Notes: generated by a model from the sequence alone, not told the origin. Positions 8,294-18,220 are shown, counted from the stretch's first letter. The stretch: DNA of 64,000 nucleotides from Chloroflexota bacterium (GCA_963663275.1 OY760183.1:1312001-1376000); one strand, 5' to 3'. Program-made: numbers and translations.

Positions 8294-10126
8294 ATGTCTG
8301 CGAACGCCAACGGACGGTTTCAGGTCAGCGCAGAGGGGCCGCTGCGGGTTGGGGAGATAGTGCCGCTGGCGTTGCGTTACGCGCCGCCTGCGGGGGGCCT
8401 GCGGGCCGGCGGCAATCTTTGGTTCTTCTACGACATCCGGCAGTTCGGCGACCGCCGGCACGTGTACGGGGCGGACGGGGTAAGCGTGCGCGGGCCGGCG
8501 GGAACGGCCTGGGAAGCCCGGGGGCTGATGGACGGACGCCAGGTGCGTACGTTCGACCTTCATCCGCCCGCGCCCGAGTTCCTCCACGCCGTGCACGTGC
8601 GGTGCGCGCAGGGCACGCTGGCGGAGGATGACGAGATTACCGTGCACGTGCGCACCGCGCCTGAGGGTTTCGTGCTGCCGGTGAACGCCATCGACGCCTT
8701 TCGCTTCTGGCTGGTGGAAGACCCAACGGGCGCGCTCACGCTCTATCACCCCGAGCGCGACAAGTATCACTACTTCCTGCCGCGGGCGGCGGAACTTTCC
8801 GTGCTGGAGAGCAATGCGCTCACCATCAGGGAAGCGGAACCGGCCGCGCTGCAAGTGACCGCGCCTTCCCATGCCACAGGTCACGCAGACACGCGCGTCG
8901 TCGTCACCGACCGCTTTGGCAATCCCATCCACGACGCCGCAGGCGAAGTTGCCTTGCGCACCGCCAGCGGCGAGACGGCGGCCGCGCTGAACTCGTTTAG
9001 CGCCGAGGCGTCCGTGCCGGTGCGCGGGCCGGTGGAACGGGTGACGGCGTCGTATAACGGCATCCAGGCCGCCAGCAATCCGGTGCGGGTTGACAAGGAT
9101 ACGGAACCGTTCACGCTCTATTGGGGCGATCCCCACGGCATGTTGTTCAACCAGCGCCCGATTGTGGAGCACTTCGCCTGGGGCAAGGACGTGAACGCCC
9201 TCGACTTTGCCGGCGGGCAGCTCTTTTCGTACAGCATCTGCATCAGCGAAATCTGGGAAGAGTTGCAGGAGGCGTGGGCGCAATACGACCTGCCGGGCGA
9301 GTTCGTGGCCTTGCCGTCGGCGGAGTTCGCCACCGGCCCGGACGGCAGCCACCGGCATGGATTCTTCCCTGCGCCTGCGGGCCAACCGCCGGTGTTCTGT
9401 GAGGACCGTCCCGCCGCCAACGACCCCAAACTGCACGCGCGCTTTCACCCCGATACCGTCTACTGCCGCGACTACCAGGAGTTCTACCGCGAGATGAAGC
9501 GCCGGGGCGCGCTCATCCACGGCCACTTCCACACTCACTTCTACGTGCAGGAGCACCTGGCGGAGATTTACCAAAAGCAACAAACCGACGGATTTACTGA
9601 GGAAGAAAAAATCAACCAGTTTCTGATGCGCGGCGTGAAACTCGGCATCGTCAGCGGCAGCGATACCCACGATAACCGGCCCGCCAATCCCTATAAAGAG
9701 CCGGGCCCGTCCGGCCCCGCCGGGCTGACCGGCGTGTGGGCGGAACGGCTCGACCGTCCGGCCATTTTCGAGGCGCTCTTCAACCGGCGCTGCTACGCCA
9801 CCACCGGCGCGCGCATCATCGTGGACTTCCGCGTGAACGGCACGTGGGTGGGTTCCACGATACAGGCCGACCGCTTCACGTTCGCGGCGGACGTGGCCGG
9901 CACGGCGGACATCGAACAGATCGACCTGGTGGTGAACGGCGATACGGCCAGAAGCTACACGCCCAACCGGCAGCACGCTCAGATAGAGGATGAGGTACCG
10001 CTGCGGTTCTCGCCGGTGAATGCCAACTACTGCTACCTGCGCGTGCGGCAGGTGGACGGAAACCGCGCGTGGACGAGTCCGGTTTGGCTGGAGCCAACCG
10101 TCACTCCGGCGAAAGCCGGAGTCTAG
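8294..10126 (+). CDS. DUF3604-family protein with divergent metal-binding motifs
   Basis: YWGDPHG, HRHGFF, SGSDTHD, RRCYATTG.RI, YLRVRQ.DG..AWTSPVW. Confidence 0.8.
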   Translation: MSANANGRFQVSAEGPLRVGEIVPLALRYAPPAGGLRAGGNLWFFYDIRQFGDRRHVYGADGVSVRGPAGTAWEARGLMDGRQVRTFDLHPPAPEFLHAVHVRCAQGTLAEDDEITVHVRTAPEGFVLPVNAIDAFRFWLVEDPTGALTLYHPERDKYHYFLPRAAELSVLESNALTIREAEPAALQVTAPSHATGHADTRVVVTDRFGNPIHDAAGEVALRTASGETAAALNSFSAEASVPVRGPVERVTASYNGIQAASNPVRVDKDTEPFTLYWGDPHGMLFNQRPIVEHFAWGKDVNALDFAGGQLFSYSICISEIWEELQEAWAQYDLPGEFVALPSAEFATGPDGSHRHGFFPAPAGQPPVFCEDRPAANDPKLHARFHPDTVYCRDYQEFYREMKRRGALIHGHFHTHFYVQEHLAEIYQKQQTDGFTEEEKINQFLMRGVKLGIVSGSDTHDNRPANPYKEPGPSGPAGLTGVWAERLDRPAIFEALFNRRCYATTGARIIVDFRVNGTWVGSTIQADRFTFAADVAGTADIEQIDLVVNGDTARSYTPNRQHAQIEDEVPLRFSPVNANYCYLRVRQVDGNRAWTSPVWLEPTVTPAKAGV

Positions 10127-10177
10127 TCTTTGCTAATGGCAGTAAGGGCCGAATAACTTGAACCAAGAGGAACAGAA

Positions 10178-11251
10178 ATGGAAGAAATCGAACTCTGGGC
10201 GATTGAAGACTCTCAGATCGTGCCCATAGAGCGCGCAAAGATGGACTTGGAGAGCAGTTTGGAGGACACGCTTGTCGCACACCCGGACATGTTATTGCCT
10301 AATCTAAAGCTGGTATGCCGACAAACGCCAGTAGGCGGTGGGAAGCTTGATCTACTGGGCGTCGATGATGAAGGCAAGCTTGCTGTATTCGAGCTAAAGC
10401 GCGGCCCGGTACCTCGGGACGCCGTAGGCCAAGTGATAGATTATGCGTCTGCACTCGAAGCCATGAGTGAGAGCGAATTAGCCGCCCTGATCTCCGAATA
10501 CTCCGGTCGGCTCGGAATCGAAGAAATAGGCAACTTTGCGGAATGGTACAGCGAAGGGTTCAGGTTATCACTGGACTCTTTACGACCAGTGAGTATGTAC
10601 CTCGTTGGCCTGGGAACAGATGATACTACTAAGCGCATGGTGGACTATCTGACTGAACATGGCGTGGATATATCCCTTCTAACTTTCAACGGCTTTGCAT
10701 ACTCGGGCAAGACCTTGCTAGCCAAACAGGTGCAAGTAGCTCCTGTTGTGCCATCACATCTATCACGGGAGGAGCGATTGCGTTCGCTTGAAAGTCTCGC
10801 AACGGAAATGGGTGTAGCCGACCTCATGGCTGCGGCGAAGGATATGTTCTCTAGTTCCTGGGACAAAGTGACTCAGGGGAGGTACTCGTCTCTCCCGAAT
10901 CCAGAGCCAACAAAGACGGGGATAACATACTACTTGCCACGACTGAATGATTCGGGGAATTCCTCCAGCCCCGCTTTTTCGTCCATCCAACTGGACGAAA
11001 AAGAGAGAGCAGTCAAAGTGCGGTTCTATCCGCGGGCAATAGATCTATGCATAGAGAGGTTCGCCCAACTGGACCCCAAGAAGATCCCGTTTGAAAAACA
11101 AACTCCACGCAATGCGGCCACAACGGATCGAGTGAAACAGGAGATTCTATTCCCCTTGTATTCACTCGACGAATGGGAGGCGCGCAAAGGCAAGTTGGGT
11201 GAATTGACGCGAGCTACCTTTGAGGGTTGGATGGAAGAAGAGGGTCAGTAG
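10178..11251 (+). CDS. NucS/DUF91-like PD-(D/E)xK endonuclease domain protein (lower-GC insert)
   Basis: DLLGVD...FELKRG and Q...Y (GQVIDYA) motifs; AT-richer codons than neighbours; GAGG RBS. Confidence 0.8.
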   Translation: MEEIELWAIEDSQIVPIERAKMDLESSLEDTLVAHPDMLLPNLKLVCRQTPVGGGKLDLLGVDDEGKLAVFELKRGPVPRDAVGQVIDYASALEAMSESELAALISEYSGRLGIEEIGNFAEWYSEGFRLSLDSLRPVSMYLVGLGTDDTTKRMVDYLTEHGVDISLLTFNGFAYSGKTLLAKQVQVAPVVPSHLSREERLRSLESLATEMGVADLMAAAKDMFSSSWDKVTQGRYSSLPNPEPTKTGITYYLPRLNDSGNSSSPAFSSIQLDEKERAVKVRFYPRAIDLCIERFAQLDPKKIPFEKQTPRNAATTDRVKQEILFPLYSLDEWEARKGKLGELTRATFEGWMEEEGQ

Positions 11252-11392
11252 CCGTTGCAAGGCTAGCCGTGTTCGCGCTTGAAGCTGGGGCGGCCACTAG
11301 TGGGTGGGTTGCGTAGTTTATTCGTCCCTTGAGGGAATCCGCTGTTTCCGATGCTGCGGAGACGAACCACATGGATGATTCGAGTCTAGAAC

Positions 11393-12502
11393 ATGGCTGA
11401 TTTTGCGCGCATAACGCGGTCAATGGAAGAACAGCGCTTGGACGCGCTGGTGACGCTCGGCATGCGCAACTGCGCCTATTTGGCCGGCGCCGTCAGCGAG
11501 GGGCCGTGGCTCAATGAGCCGCAGGGCCTCGCGCCGTGGATGACGTGTCTCATACCGCCCGACCGGTCGTTTACGTTTGGCGGCGGCGTGGGGGATGCCG
11601 ATCTGCCGGTGGAGGGGTTTGCGCCCGACCACACGCGGGCGGCGCGGTTGACGGAACTGGCGGCGCAGATGCGCCGGCGCGGATTGGCCCGAGCGCGCAT
11701 CGGCCTGGACATGGACTTCGCCTCGGCCAGCGACCTGGCGCGGCTGCGGGAACTGCTGCCGGAGGCCGCGTTCGTATCCGCCGACCTGCTGCTGGCCGCC
11801 GCGCGGGCCTGCAAGACGCCGCAGGAAATTCAATGGCTGCGCAAGGCGATTGCCGCATCTGAGGCCGGGTATCGGGAAATGCTGCGCGAGGTGCGTGTGG
11901 GCATGACCTTTCAAGATTTGGTGACGGTCTGGGCCAAGGCGGTGCTGGACAACGGCGCCTTGCCGATCAATACGTCGCCGGTCTCGTGGATGCTGCCCGG
12001 CGGCGGCACGAGCCTGCGGGAGCAGCCGGACGCGGCGGTGATTCGCGGTCCCGGCATTGTGGAGGCGGGCTTGGTCTACCGCGTGGATCTGGCCGCCATC
12101 TCCGGCGGCTATTTTTCCGACCAGAAGTTCAATTTCAGCGTGGGCGCGCCGCGCGAGGCGAGCCTGGCGGTCTGGCGGCAGCACCGCGAGCGGCAACTGT
12201 TCATGGAAGATTTCGTGCGTCCCGGCAAGACCAAACGCGAGGTATTCGACGCCTGCCAGCGCGCGTTCACGGACACGGACGAGTACGCCTGGTGGATTCA
12301 CGGCGTCGGCATGGATAAGCACGAGGAGCCGTTGATCGGCAGTTTGCTGCCGGCCGCGGTTGACGTGCGGCCGGAAATCACGTTTGCGGAGAACAACGTG
12401 GTGTCGCTGGAGTCGTCGTGGCTGGAGGAGGACATGTACGTTTTGAAACAGGATGGGTTCGAGCGGTTGGGGACGATTCCGCAGGAAGTGGCGATTGTGT
12501 GA
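11393..12502 (+). CDS. M24-family (Xaa-Pro peptidase/creatinase fold) metallopeptidase
   Basis: KTPQEI..LRKA; D..D in VDLAAISGGYFSD; HGVGMDKHE; E..EED. Confidence 0.85.
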   Translation: MADFARITRSMEEQRLDALVTLGMRNCAYLAGAVSEGPWLNEPQGLAPWMTCLIPPDRSFTFGGGVGDADLPVEGFAPDHTRAARLTELAAQMRRRGLARARIGLDMDFASASDLARLRELLPEAAFVSADLLLAAARACKTPQEIQWLRKAIAASEAGYREMLREVRVGMTFQDLVTVWAKAVLDNGALPINTSPVSWMLPGGGTSLREQPDAAVIRGPGIVEAGLVYRVDLAAISGGYFSDQKFNFSVGAPREASLAVWRQHRERQLFMEDFVRPGKTKREVFDACQRAFTDTDEYAWWIHGVGMDKHEEPLIGSLLPAAVDVRPEITFAENNVVSLESSWLEEDMYVLKQDGFERLGTIPQEVAIV

Positions 12503-12642
12503 GTGGTGGGATTGGTTTTCCCCGTGTGCGGGATTGGCGGATTGTGCCCGGTGGATGTGGGCGACCACGAGAAGCACAGAGGGCAACCACAAGGGTTGCC
12601 CCTACGGCATTCATGCAATAGACAAATTGAAAGGAGAGGCCG

Positions 12643-14001
12643 ATGGCAATTGCGGAGCGGCAGGAGACCGGCGTGCTGCCGGAGGGGGTGCGCGCGCCGT
12701 ATGATTGGGCGCTGGAGCAGATGCGCGTGCCGGAGGCTCACGCCATAACCCAGGGCAGCCCGGACGTGGTGGTGGCGGTCATCGACTTGGGGTACCGGTT
12801 TCATCCCGACCATGAAGGCCATTTGTGGGTCAATCCCCGTCCCACGCGCGGCGACGTGCACGGCTGGGACTTTGCCGAGGAGGACGCCACGCTCGAATAC
12901 GAAGGGTCGCGCGACGATACCACCTACCTTCGCGGGCACCATGCGTTCGTCGTGGGAGAGGTGGCGGCCACCGCGCCCGCATGTCCCATCATGGTCTTGC
13001 GCGTCGGCTACGAGCCGCATCACCAGAAGAGTTGGCCGCGCGCCGTGCGCTACGCGGTGGACCATGGGGCCAAGGTGCTCGTGATGCCCCACGGCTACAT
13101 CACCCTGGACCACACCGACGGCGTGCCGCTGTTCTACAAAGGCACCGACTTCAGCTATCCGTATGACAACATCGGCCTCATCGAGGCGCTGGACTATGCG
13201 TATCAATCGGGCTGCCTGGTCTTCAAGGGCACGGCGGACAATCGCGGGCGACGGGTCGCCACCGTAAACGCCGGTATTGACAGCGTCTTTGCCGTCGGCT
13301 CCACGAACCGGCACGGGCGCGCGGCGAACATCGCGGCCTCGGCGGACTACGTAGAAGCGGCCACGCCCGGCGGCGAGCGCAATACGGACGACCCGACCGA
13401 GTCGATTTGGGGCACCGGCGGCGACCGCGACTACATACCGTTCGAGGGCGGCTGCATGGCGTCGGCCTTTGGCGGCGGCGTCGCGGCGCTGGCGTTTTCC
13501 CAATATCCGCACCTTTCTAATCGCGAGATACGAGAAATCCTGCGCAATACGTCCCAGGGCAGCGGCTGGGATCCCCTGCTGGGTCACGGTATCTTCGACG
13601 CCTATAGCGCCGTTTCGCTTGCGCCGCGCGAACTCTCGGCGGGACTGCGCGTCGATACGGCGGCATCCCAGGTGCGCCGTGATGATGGGCGGCTGGTGGC
13701 GGAGATCGTGGTGGAAAACACCGGTGCGTTCGACGTGCGCCGGATGCTGGCGGTGGCGTTCAACGGCGATCCTAAGACGGCCGCCGATGCCGATGCGACT
13801 CGTGAGGAGTCGAATATCCTGATACGGCGTCAAATCGGACACTGTATCGGGGCTGCGCCAGGTTTGGAGCGCGCGTCTGTATCGCTTGAATTAGACGGCG
13901 ATTCGCCGGATGAGGTGTGGGTGCAGGTGAACGCGCTGGACACGGGTATGGCGGGGGTCTACGATACGGCGCGAATTCTTCCTGACGGCGGCACAGCCTG
14001 A
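12643..14001 (+). CDS. S8 subtilase-fold protein with Cys in place of the catalytic Ser
   Basis: VVVAVIDLG (D48), GHHAFVVG (H99), TADN (N200), EGGCMAS..GGVAAL (C271); GGAG RBS. Confidence 0.85.
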   Translation: MAIAERQETGVLPEGVRAPYDWALEQMRVPEAHAITQGSPDVVVAVIDLGYRFHPDHEGHLWVNPRPTRGDVHGWDFAEEDATLEYEGSRDDTTYLRGHHAFVVGEVAATAPACPIMVLRVGYEPHHQKSWPRAVRYAVDHGAKVLVMPHGYITLDHTDGVPLFYKGTDFSYPYDNIGLIEALDYAYQSGCLVFKGTADNRGRRVATVNAGIDSVFAVGSTNRHGRAANIAASADYVEAATPGGERNTDDPTESIWGTGGDRDYIPFEGGCMASAFGGGVAALAFSQYPHLSNREIREILRNTSQGSGWDPLLGHGIFDAYSAVSLAPRELSAGLRVDTAASQVRRDDGRLVAEIVVENTGAFDVRRMLAVAFNGDPKTAADADATREESNILIRRQIGHCIGAAPGLERASVSLELDGDSPDEVWVQVNALDTGMAGVYDTARILPDGGTA

Positions 14002-14195
14002 GCGGCTTGCCCAAGACGGTGATTGCCTTTTGCGCCAAGAGGCGGGGGACAAGCCCCCGCGCTACGCTAACGCGAGAGTATTTGGGACTAGCCCCCGCGC
14101 TACGCCAGGCGCTGGCGGTTCGGTGAAGATTTGCTTCGTCGCGTAGCATCGGAGCGCATTAGAATTCATAAATGTAGTTTGTGGGGTGAATTGCA

Positions 14196-15215
14196 ATGCG
14201 CATTGCAGCCGTTGAGGTCGCGCCTTGGAAAGATGACGCCGCGTTTGTCTACTCGGTGGTCTTCGACGAAGGCACCATCGATTGCCTGGCGAACGCCTTT
14301 CCCATTGGGCAGCGGTACGGCATTGCCGGCGACGTTGCGGTGGTGGCCGGGCAACTGGGCGAGAAGCGCCACGTGGAGCGCAGTTCGCTCAACGACTACT
14401 TCCACATGGGGCCGGAGCACCTGAAGTTTCTCCTCTCCCAGGGCTGGAGCGTCAGCAATCACAGCTACTCGCATCCGCCGTTGCGCGACCCCAGCCGCAT
14501 CGACTTTGCCCAGGAGGTCGTGGAGTCGTACCACACGCTGGAGCGCGCGCTCGGCCAACCGGCGCCGATCTTCTCTTCGTGGAACAGCTTTGAGGTCTAC
14601 GACGCGGTGCGGGCGTGGGTGCGGCGCGTGCCCGGCTACCTGGGCCTCACCCGCGCCTCCAACGACGCGGAGCACATCAACCCGCCGGACTTCGACCCGT
14701 TCAGCATCTGGCGCAACCGCCTGTGCGAGGACGATGAGATCGAGTATCTGCCGGAGTGGCTCTCGCGGCGCGGGTTCGCGCCGGAGCGGGCGCGGGGGCA
14801 GTGGCTGGTGGACGTGACCCATTTGGTGATGTACAAGACGCCCCAGGGGCACAAGTGCATCTCGCCGCGGGCGCTGGAAGGGCGCTTCGACCAGATGCGC
14901 ACGGCCTTTGGCGATGCGCTGTGGGCGGCGAACCCGGACGACGTGGTGCGCTACGCCTATTTGCGCCGCCATTGCGCGCCCGCCGTCACGCAGGAAGCGG
15001 ACGCCCGCGCGACCATCACTGTGGACTTTCCGGATCTGCCGCCGCAAATAGAGGAAGGCGAGTTGACATTCCTCGTCTCCTTTTCCGATGATACAGGACC
15101 GATACGTGTCCAAGGCCCGGACGGCGCGGCGTCCGTATCCCCGGCCGGCGAGCGGCGCGTCCGCTTCACCTGCCGCGTGGCCCCCGGCGCGGCGATAACG
15201 CTGGCAAGCCCGTAG
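14196..15215 (+). CDS. Polysaccharide deacetylase (CE4)-like protein
   Basis: SVVFDE (TFDD-like) and SNHSYSHP (HxxxH) motifs. Confidence 0.7.
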   Translation: MRIAAVEVAPWKDDAAFVYSVVFDEGTIDCLANAFPIGQRYGIAGDVAVVAGQLGEKRHVERSSLNDYFHMGPEHLKFLLSQGWSVSNHSYSHPPLRDPSRIDFAQEVVESYHTLERALGQPAPIFSSWNSFEVYDAVRAWVRRVPGYLGLTRASNDAEHINPPDFDPFSIWRNRLCEDDEIEYLPEWLSRRGFAPERARGQWLVDVTHLVMYKTPQGHKCISPRALEGRFDQMRTAFGDALWAANPDDVVRYAYLRRHCAPAVTQEADARATITVDFPDLPPQIEEGELTFLVSFSDDTGPIRVQGPDGAASVSPAGERRVRFTCRVAPGAAITLASP

Positions 15216-15348
15216 CCCCGCGATTGCCGTTGCCGAACGCCGCCGGCTGCGGGCGCCGCGCACAGTGGGTGGCTTCCCGGCGCCGTCCGGCGGTGTGTTA
15301 GGATAGCAGAGAATTCAATCCAATCAAGGCAGTAGAGGAGATAGCGCA

Positions 15349-16212
15349 ATGGAAGAGACCCGTCGCGACGGCTTGCCCGGAGTTGGGCTGCTGGTGCTGT
15401 GGATTGTGCTCCTGGTGGCGGACGTCGGGCTGTTCATCCTGGCGCTGTTTACGATTTGGTGGCTGATGTTCATTCCGATTCTCGCCTTCTGCGCGCTGCT
15501 CTTCGCGGCATTCGGATTCTTCATGGTCGCGCCCAACGAGGGCAAGGTGCTGCAACTCTTTGGCGCGTACCGGGGCACGGCGCGCCAGCCCGGCCTGCGC
15601 TACACCAATCCGCTCTATTCCAAGGGGCGAATCTCCTTGCGGGTACGCAATTTCGAGACCGGCCGGGTCAAGGTGAACGACCGGCGCGGCAACCCAATCG
15701 AAATCGCCTCCGTGGTCGTATGGCAGGTGGTGGATACGGCCGAGGCCACGTTCCAGGTGGACGATTACGAGAACTACGTGCACGTGCAGAGCGAGGCGGC
15801 GGTGCGCAACCTGGCCACCGGCTACTCGTACGACGCGCATGAGGAGGACGAGATCAGCCTGACCACCCACACCGCCGAGATTTCGGCGCAACTGAAGAAC
15901 GAAATCCAGGAGCGGCTGGCCCAGGCCGGCGTGGAGGTGCAGGAGGCGCGGGTGAGCCACCTGGCGTACGCGCCGGAGATTGCCGCGTCCATGCTGCGCC
16001 GCCAGCAGGCCGACGCGGTTATCGCCGCCCGCCAGAAGATCGTGGAAGGGGCCGTGGGCATGGTGGAGAACGCCTTGGGGATGCTGGCCGACCGCGAGGT
16101 CATCGAATTCGACGCCGAGAGCCGAGCGGCCTTGGTGAGCAATCTGCTGGTAGTCCTCACCAGCGAGAACGCCATCCAGCCCGTGGTCAACACCACCGCG
16201 TCCAACCAGTAA
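15349..16212 (+). CDS. SPFH/band-7 domain membrane protein
   Basis: Two N-terminal TM segments; KVND..GNPIEI; LAYAPEIA..MLRRQQA...AARQKIVEGAVGMV. Confidence 0.92.
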   Translation: MEETRRDGLPGVGLLVLWIVLLVADVGLFILALFTIWWLMFIPILAFCALLFAAFGFFMVAPNEGKVLQLFGAYRGTARQPGLRYTNPLYSKGRISLRVRNFETGRVKVNDRRGNPIEIASVVVWQVVDTAEATFQVDDYENYVHVQSEAAVRNLATGYSYDAHEEDEISLTTHTAEISAQLKNEIQERLAQAGVEVQEARVSHLAYAPEIAASMLRRQQADAVIAARQKIVEGAVGMVENALGMLADREVIEFDAESRAALVSNLLVVLTSENAIQPVVNTTASNQ

Positions 16213-16235
16213 GAGCGCCGCGCGGGAGCGAGAAC

Positions 16236-16790
16236 ATGAAGGAACGCTGGCGGGACAAGACGCGAGACGAACTGACGCTCGCTTTGAACCAACTGGGTAT
16301 CGAGGCCAAAATGGCGGAGCGTGAACGACCGGAGGAGAAGATCCAGGATAGGTGGATGAACCGGTCGTTGGGAATCATCGATCTGCCGGAGGGGCCGGTC
16401 CGCTGGATAAACTGCTTGAAACAAGACGGCTCGCAGTACAGCCCGCCGCAATGGTGGACGGTTTTCGGCATTCCGGACGAGAGGACATTCTCGGCGCAAC
16501 GGGCGGTGAAGCTCAAGACGGAGCGCAAGAAGTCGTTTCCGCTGTTTGGCAAGGTGGTGGACGTGACGTGGCAAGGCGAGGATTATGCCTCACGGTTGCT
16601 CAGCGCGTTCGCCAACGATCCGGTGGTGAAGTCCTTTGTCAAGAACACCGGCGACGTGGAGATCGAAAGCCGCACCGAGGGCATTCAGGGCTGGATCGTA
16701 CAGGTGAACGGCAAGCTAAAGGCCACGCGGCAGGATTGGGACGTGGTGCTGCGCATCGCCGACCGCCTGCTGACGTGTCCGCAACCCTAG
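16236..16790 (+). CDS. Hypothetical protein
   Basis: 184-aa ORF with normal composition, ATG 24 bp after the SPFH gene. Confidence 0.65.
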   Translation: MKERWRDKTRDELTLALNQLGIEAKMAERERPEEKIQDRWMNRSLGIIDLPEGPVRWINCLKQDGSQYSPPQWWTVFGIPDERTFSAQRAVKLKTERKKSFPLFGKVVDVTWQGEDYASRLLSAFANDPVVKSFVKNTGDVEIESRTEGIQGWIVQVNGKLKATRQDWDVVLRIADRLLTCPQP

Positions 16791-16792
16791 CG

Positions 16793-17030
16793 GTTCGCTG
16801 TCTGGTTATACGTGGTTCGACGTCTGTCATTTGCCGTTCGACGTTTGTTGTTAGCGGTTCGATGCCTTTCATTGCTGGTTCGATGTCCGTCATTCCGGTG
16901 AAAACCGGAATCCATCTTTGCCGCGCAACCTGGATTCCGGCTTCCGCCGGAATGACAGAGAATGCCAGCATGACGGGCAATACCGGAATGCCAAGGGTGC
17001 CGGCATGACAGGCAACACCGGCCTGGCAGG
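16793..17030. repeat. Inverted GTCATTCCGG-type REP doublet flanked by degenerate 21-bp and ~18-bp tandem repeats
   Basis: GTTCGA at 16815/16836/16857/16878; REP pair 16889-16957; CCGG(A/C)ATG units at 16947-17025. Confidence 0.75.
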
Positions 17031-17086
17031 GCAGGGTTGGGTCGCCCTGGGGGGGAATCCGGCGCGCGTTGCGTCAGCGTACAGGG

Positions 17087-18220
17087 CTACCAATCCGTCA
17101 CCGAGCCGTCCTCCCGGCGCAAGCGGGCGTGTTCCCAGTACTGATACGGGCTTTCCTGCGCCGCCGCGGCGTTGAACGCAATGCCGATGCCGGGTACGTC
17201 GGCGGGCATGAGGTGTCCCGCCTCCACGCGGCATTGGGTGGGGAAGATGTCCGTCATGGCCGGCGGCACCATGGAGAGTTCCTGGATGCCGAAGTTGGGA
17301 ATGCACATGTCCAGTTGCACGCTGGCGGCGGTGTTCACCGGCCCCAGCGGATTGTGCAGCGCCGTGTCGATGTAGTGCGTCTCGCACATGGCGGCAATCT
17401 TCTTGCCCTCAGTAATGCCGCCGACCAATCCCAGGTCGGCGCGGGCGTAGTCGATCCACTCGTTCTCGATCAGTTCCCGGAATTGCCATTTGGTGAGCAG
17501 TTGCTCGCCGGTGGCGATGGGGACGCTGGTGTGGTGGCGCAGGTTGGCGAACGACTGGGGGTTCTCCGAGCGGATCGGGTCTTCGATGAAGAACGGGCGC
17601 AGCGGCTCGAGGCGTTTACATAACTGGATAGCCCACGTCGGGTTGAGGCGGGTGTGCACGTCGAGGGCGATTTCGATTTCATGCCCCACGGTGTCGCGCA
17701 CCGCTTGAAAGGCCTCTACCGTGTCGCACACCGCCCGCGCCGGTTCCAGGATGTCGTCCTGATCGGTCGGCAGCCCGAAGCGCACCACCTCGAAGCCTTC
17801 ATCCACCCGCGCCTTGGCGGCCTGCGCGAACGTCTCCGGGCTGTCGCCGCCAAAATGCGCGTAGCAGCGGACTTTGTCGCGGGTCTTGCCGCCCAGCAGT
17901 TGGTAGGTTGGGACTTCCAGCGCCTTGCCGAGGAGGTCCCACAGCGCGATGTCGAGGGCAGATATCGTCGCCGTGAGCACCGGGCCGGCGCGCCAGAAGT
18001 TGCCGCGAAAGTGGTCCTGCCAGATGTGCTCGATGCGGAAAGCATCTTGTCCGAGGAGCAGCGGTTTGTAGTGGTCCACAGCCGCCGCGACCGCCAAGTC
18101 CTTGCCCGAACACCCGGATTCGCCAATGCCGTAGAGACCGTTCTCCGCGGTGACGGTGACAAAGGTGTAGTTGCGCGCACCGTTGTTTACGGTGTGGGTC
18201 TGTACGTCGCTGATCTTCAT
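17087..18220 (-). CDS. Mandelate racemase/enolase-superfamily dehydratase (DgoD/RspA-like)
   Basis: DIALWDLLGK; D(VH), E(DP) and (TG)E metal ligands; HNP. Confidence 0.9.
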   Translation of the reverse strand: MKISDVQTHTVNNGARNYTFVTVTAENGLYGIGESGCSGKDLAVAAAVDHYKPLLLGQDAFRIEHIWQDHFRGNFWRAGPVLTATISALDIALWDLLGKALEVPTYQLLGGKTRDKVRCYAHFGGDSPETFAQAAKARVDEGFEVVRFGLPTDQDDILEPARAVCDTVEAFQAVRDTVGHEIEIALDVHTRLNPTWAIQLCKRLEPLRPFFIEDPIRSENPQSFANLRHHTSVPIATGEQLLTKWQFRELIENEWIDYARADLGLVGGITEGKKIAAMCETHYIDTALHNPLGPVNTAASVQLDMCIPNFGIQELSMVPPAMTDIFPTQCRVEAGHLMPADVPGIGIAFNAAAAQESPYQYWEHARLRREDGSVTDW

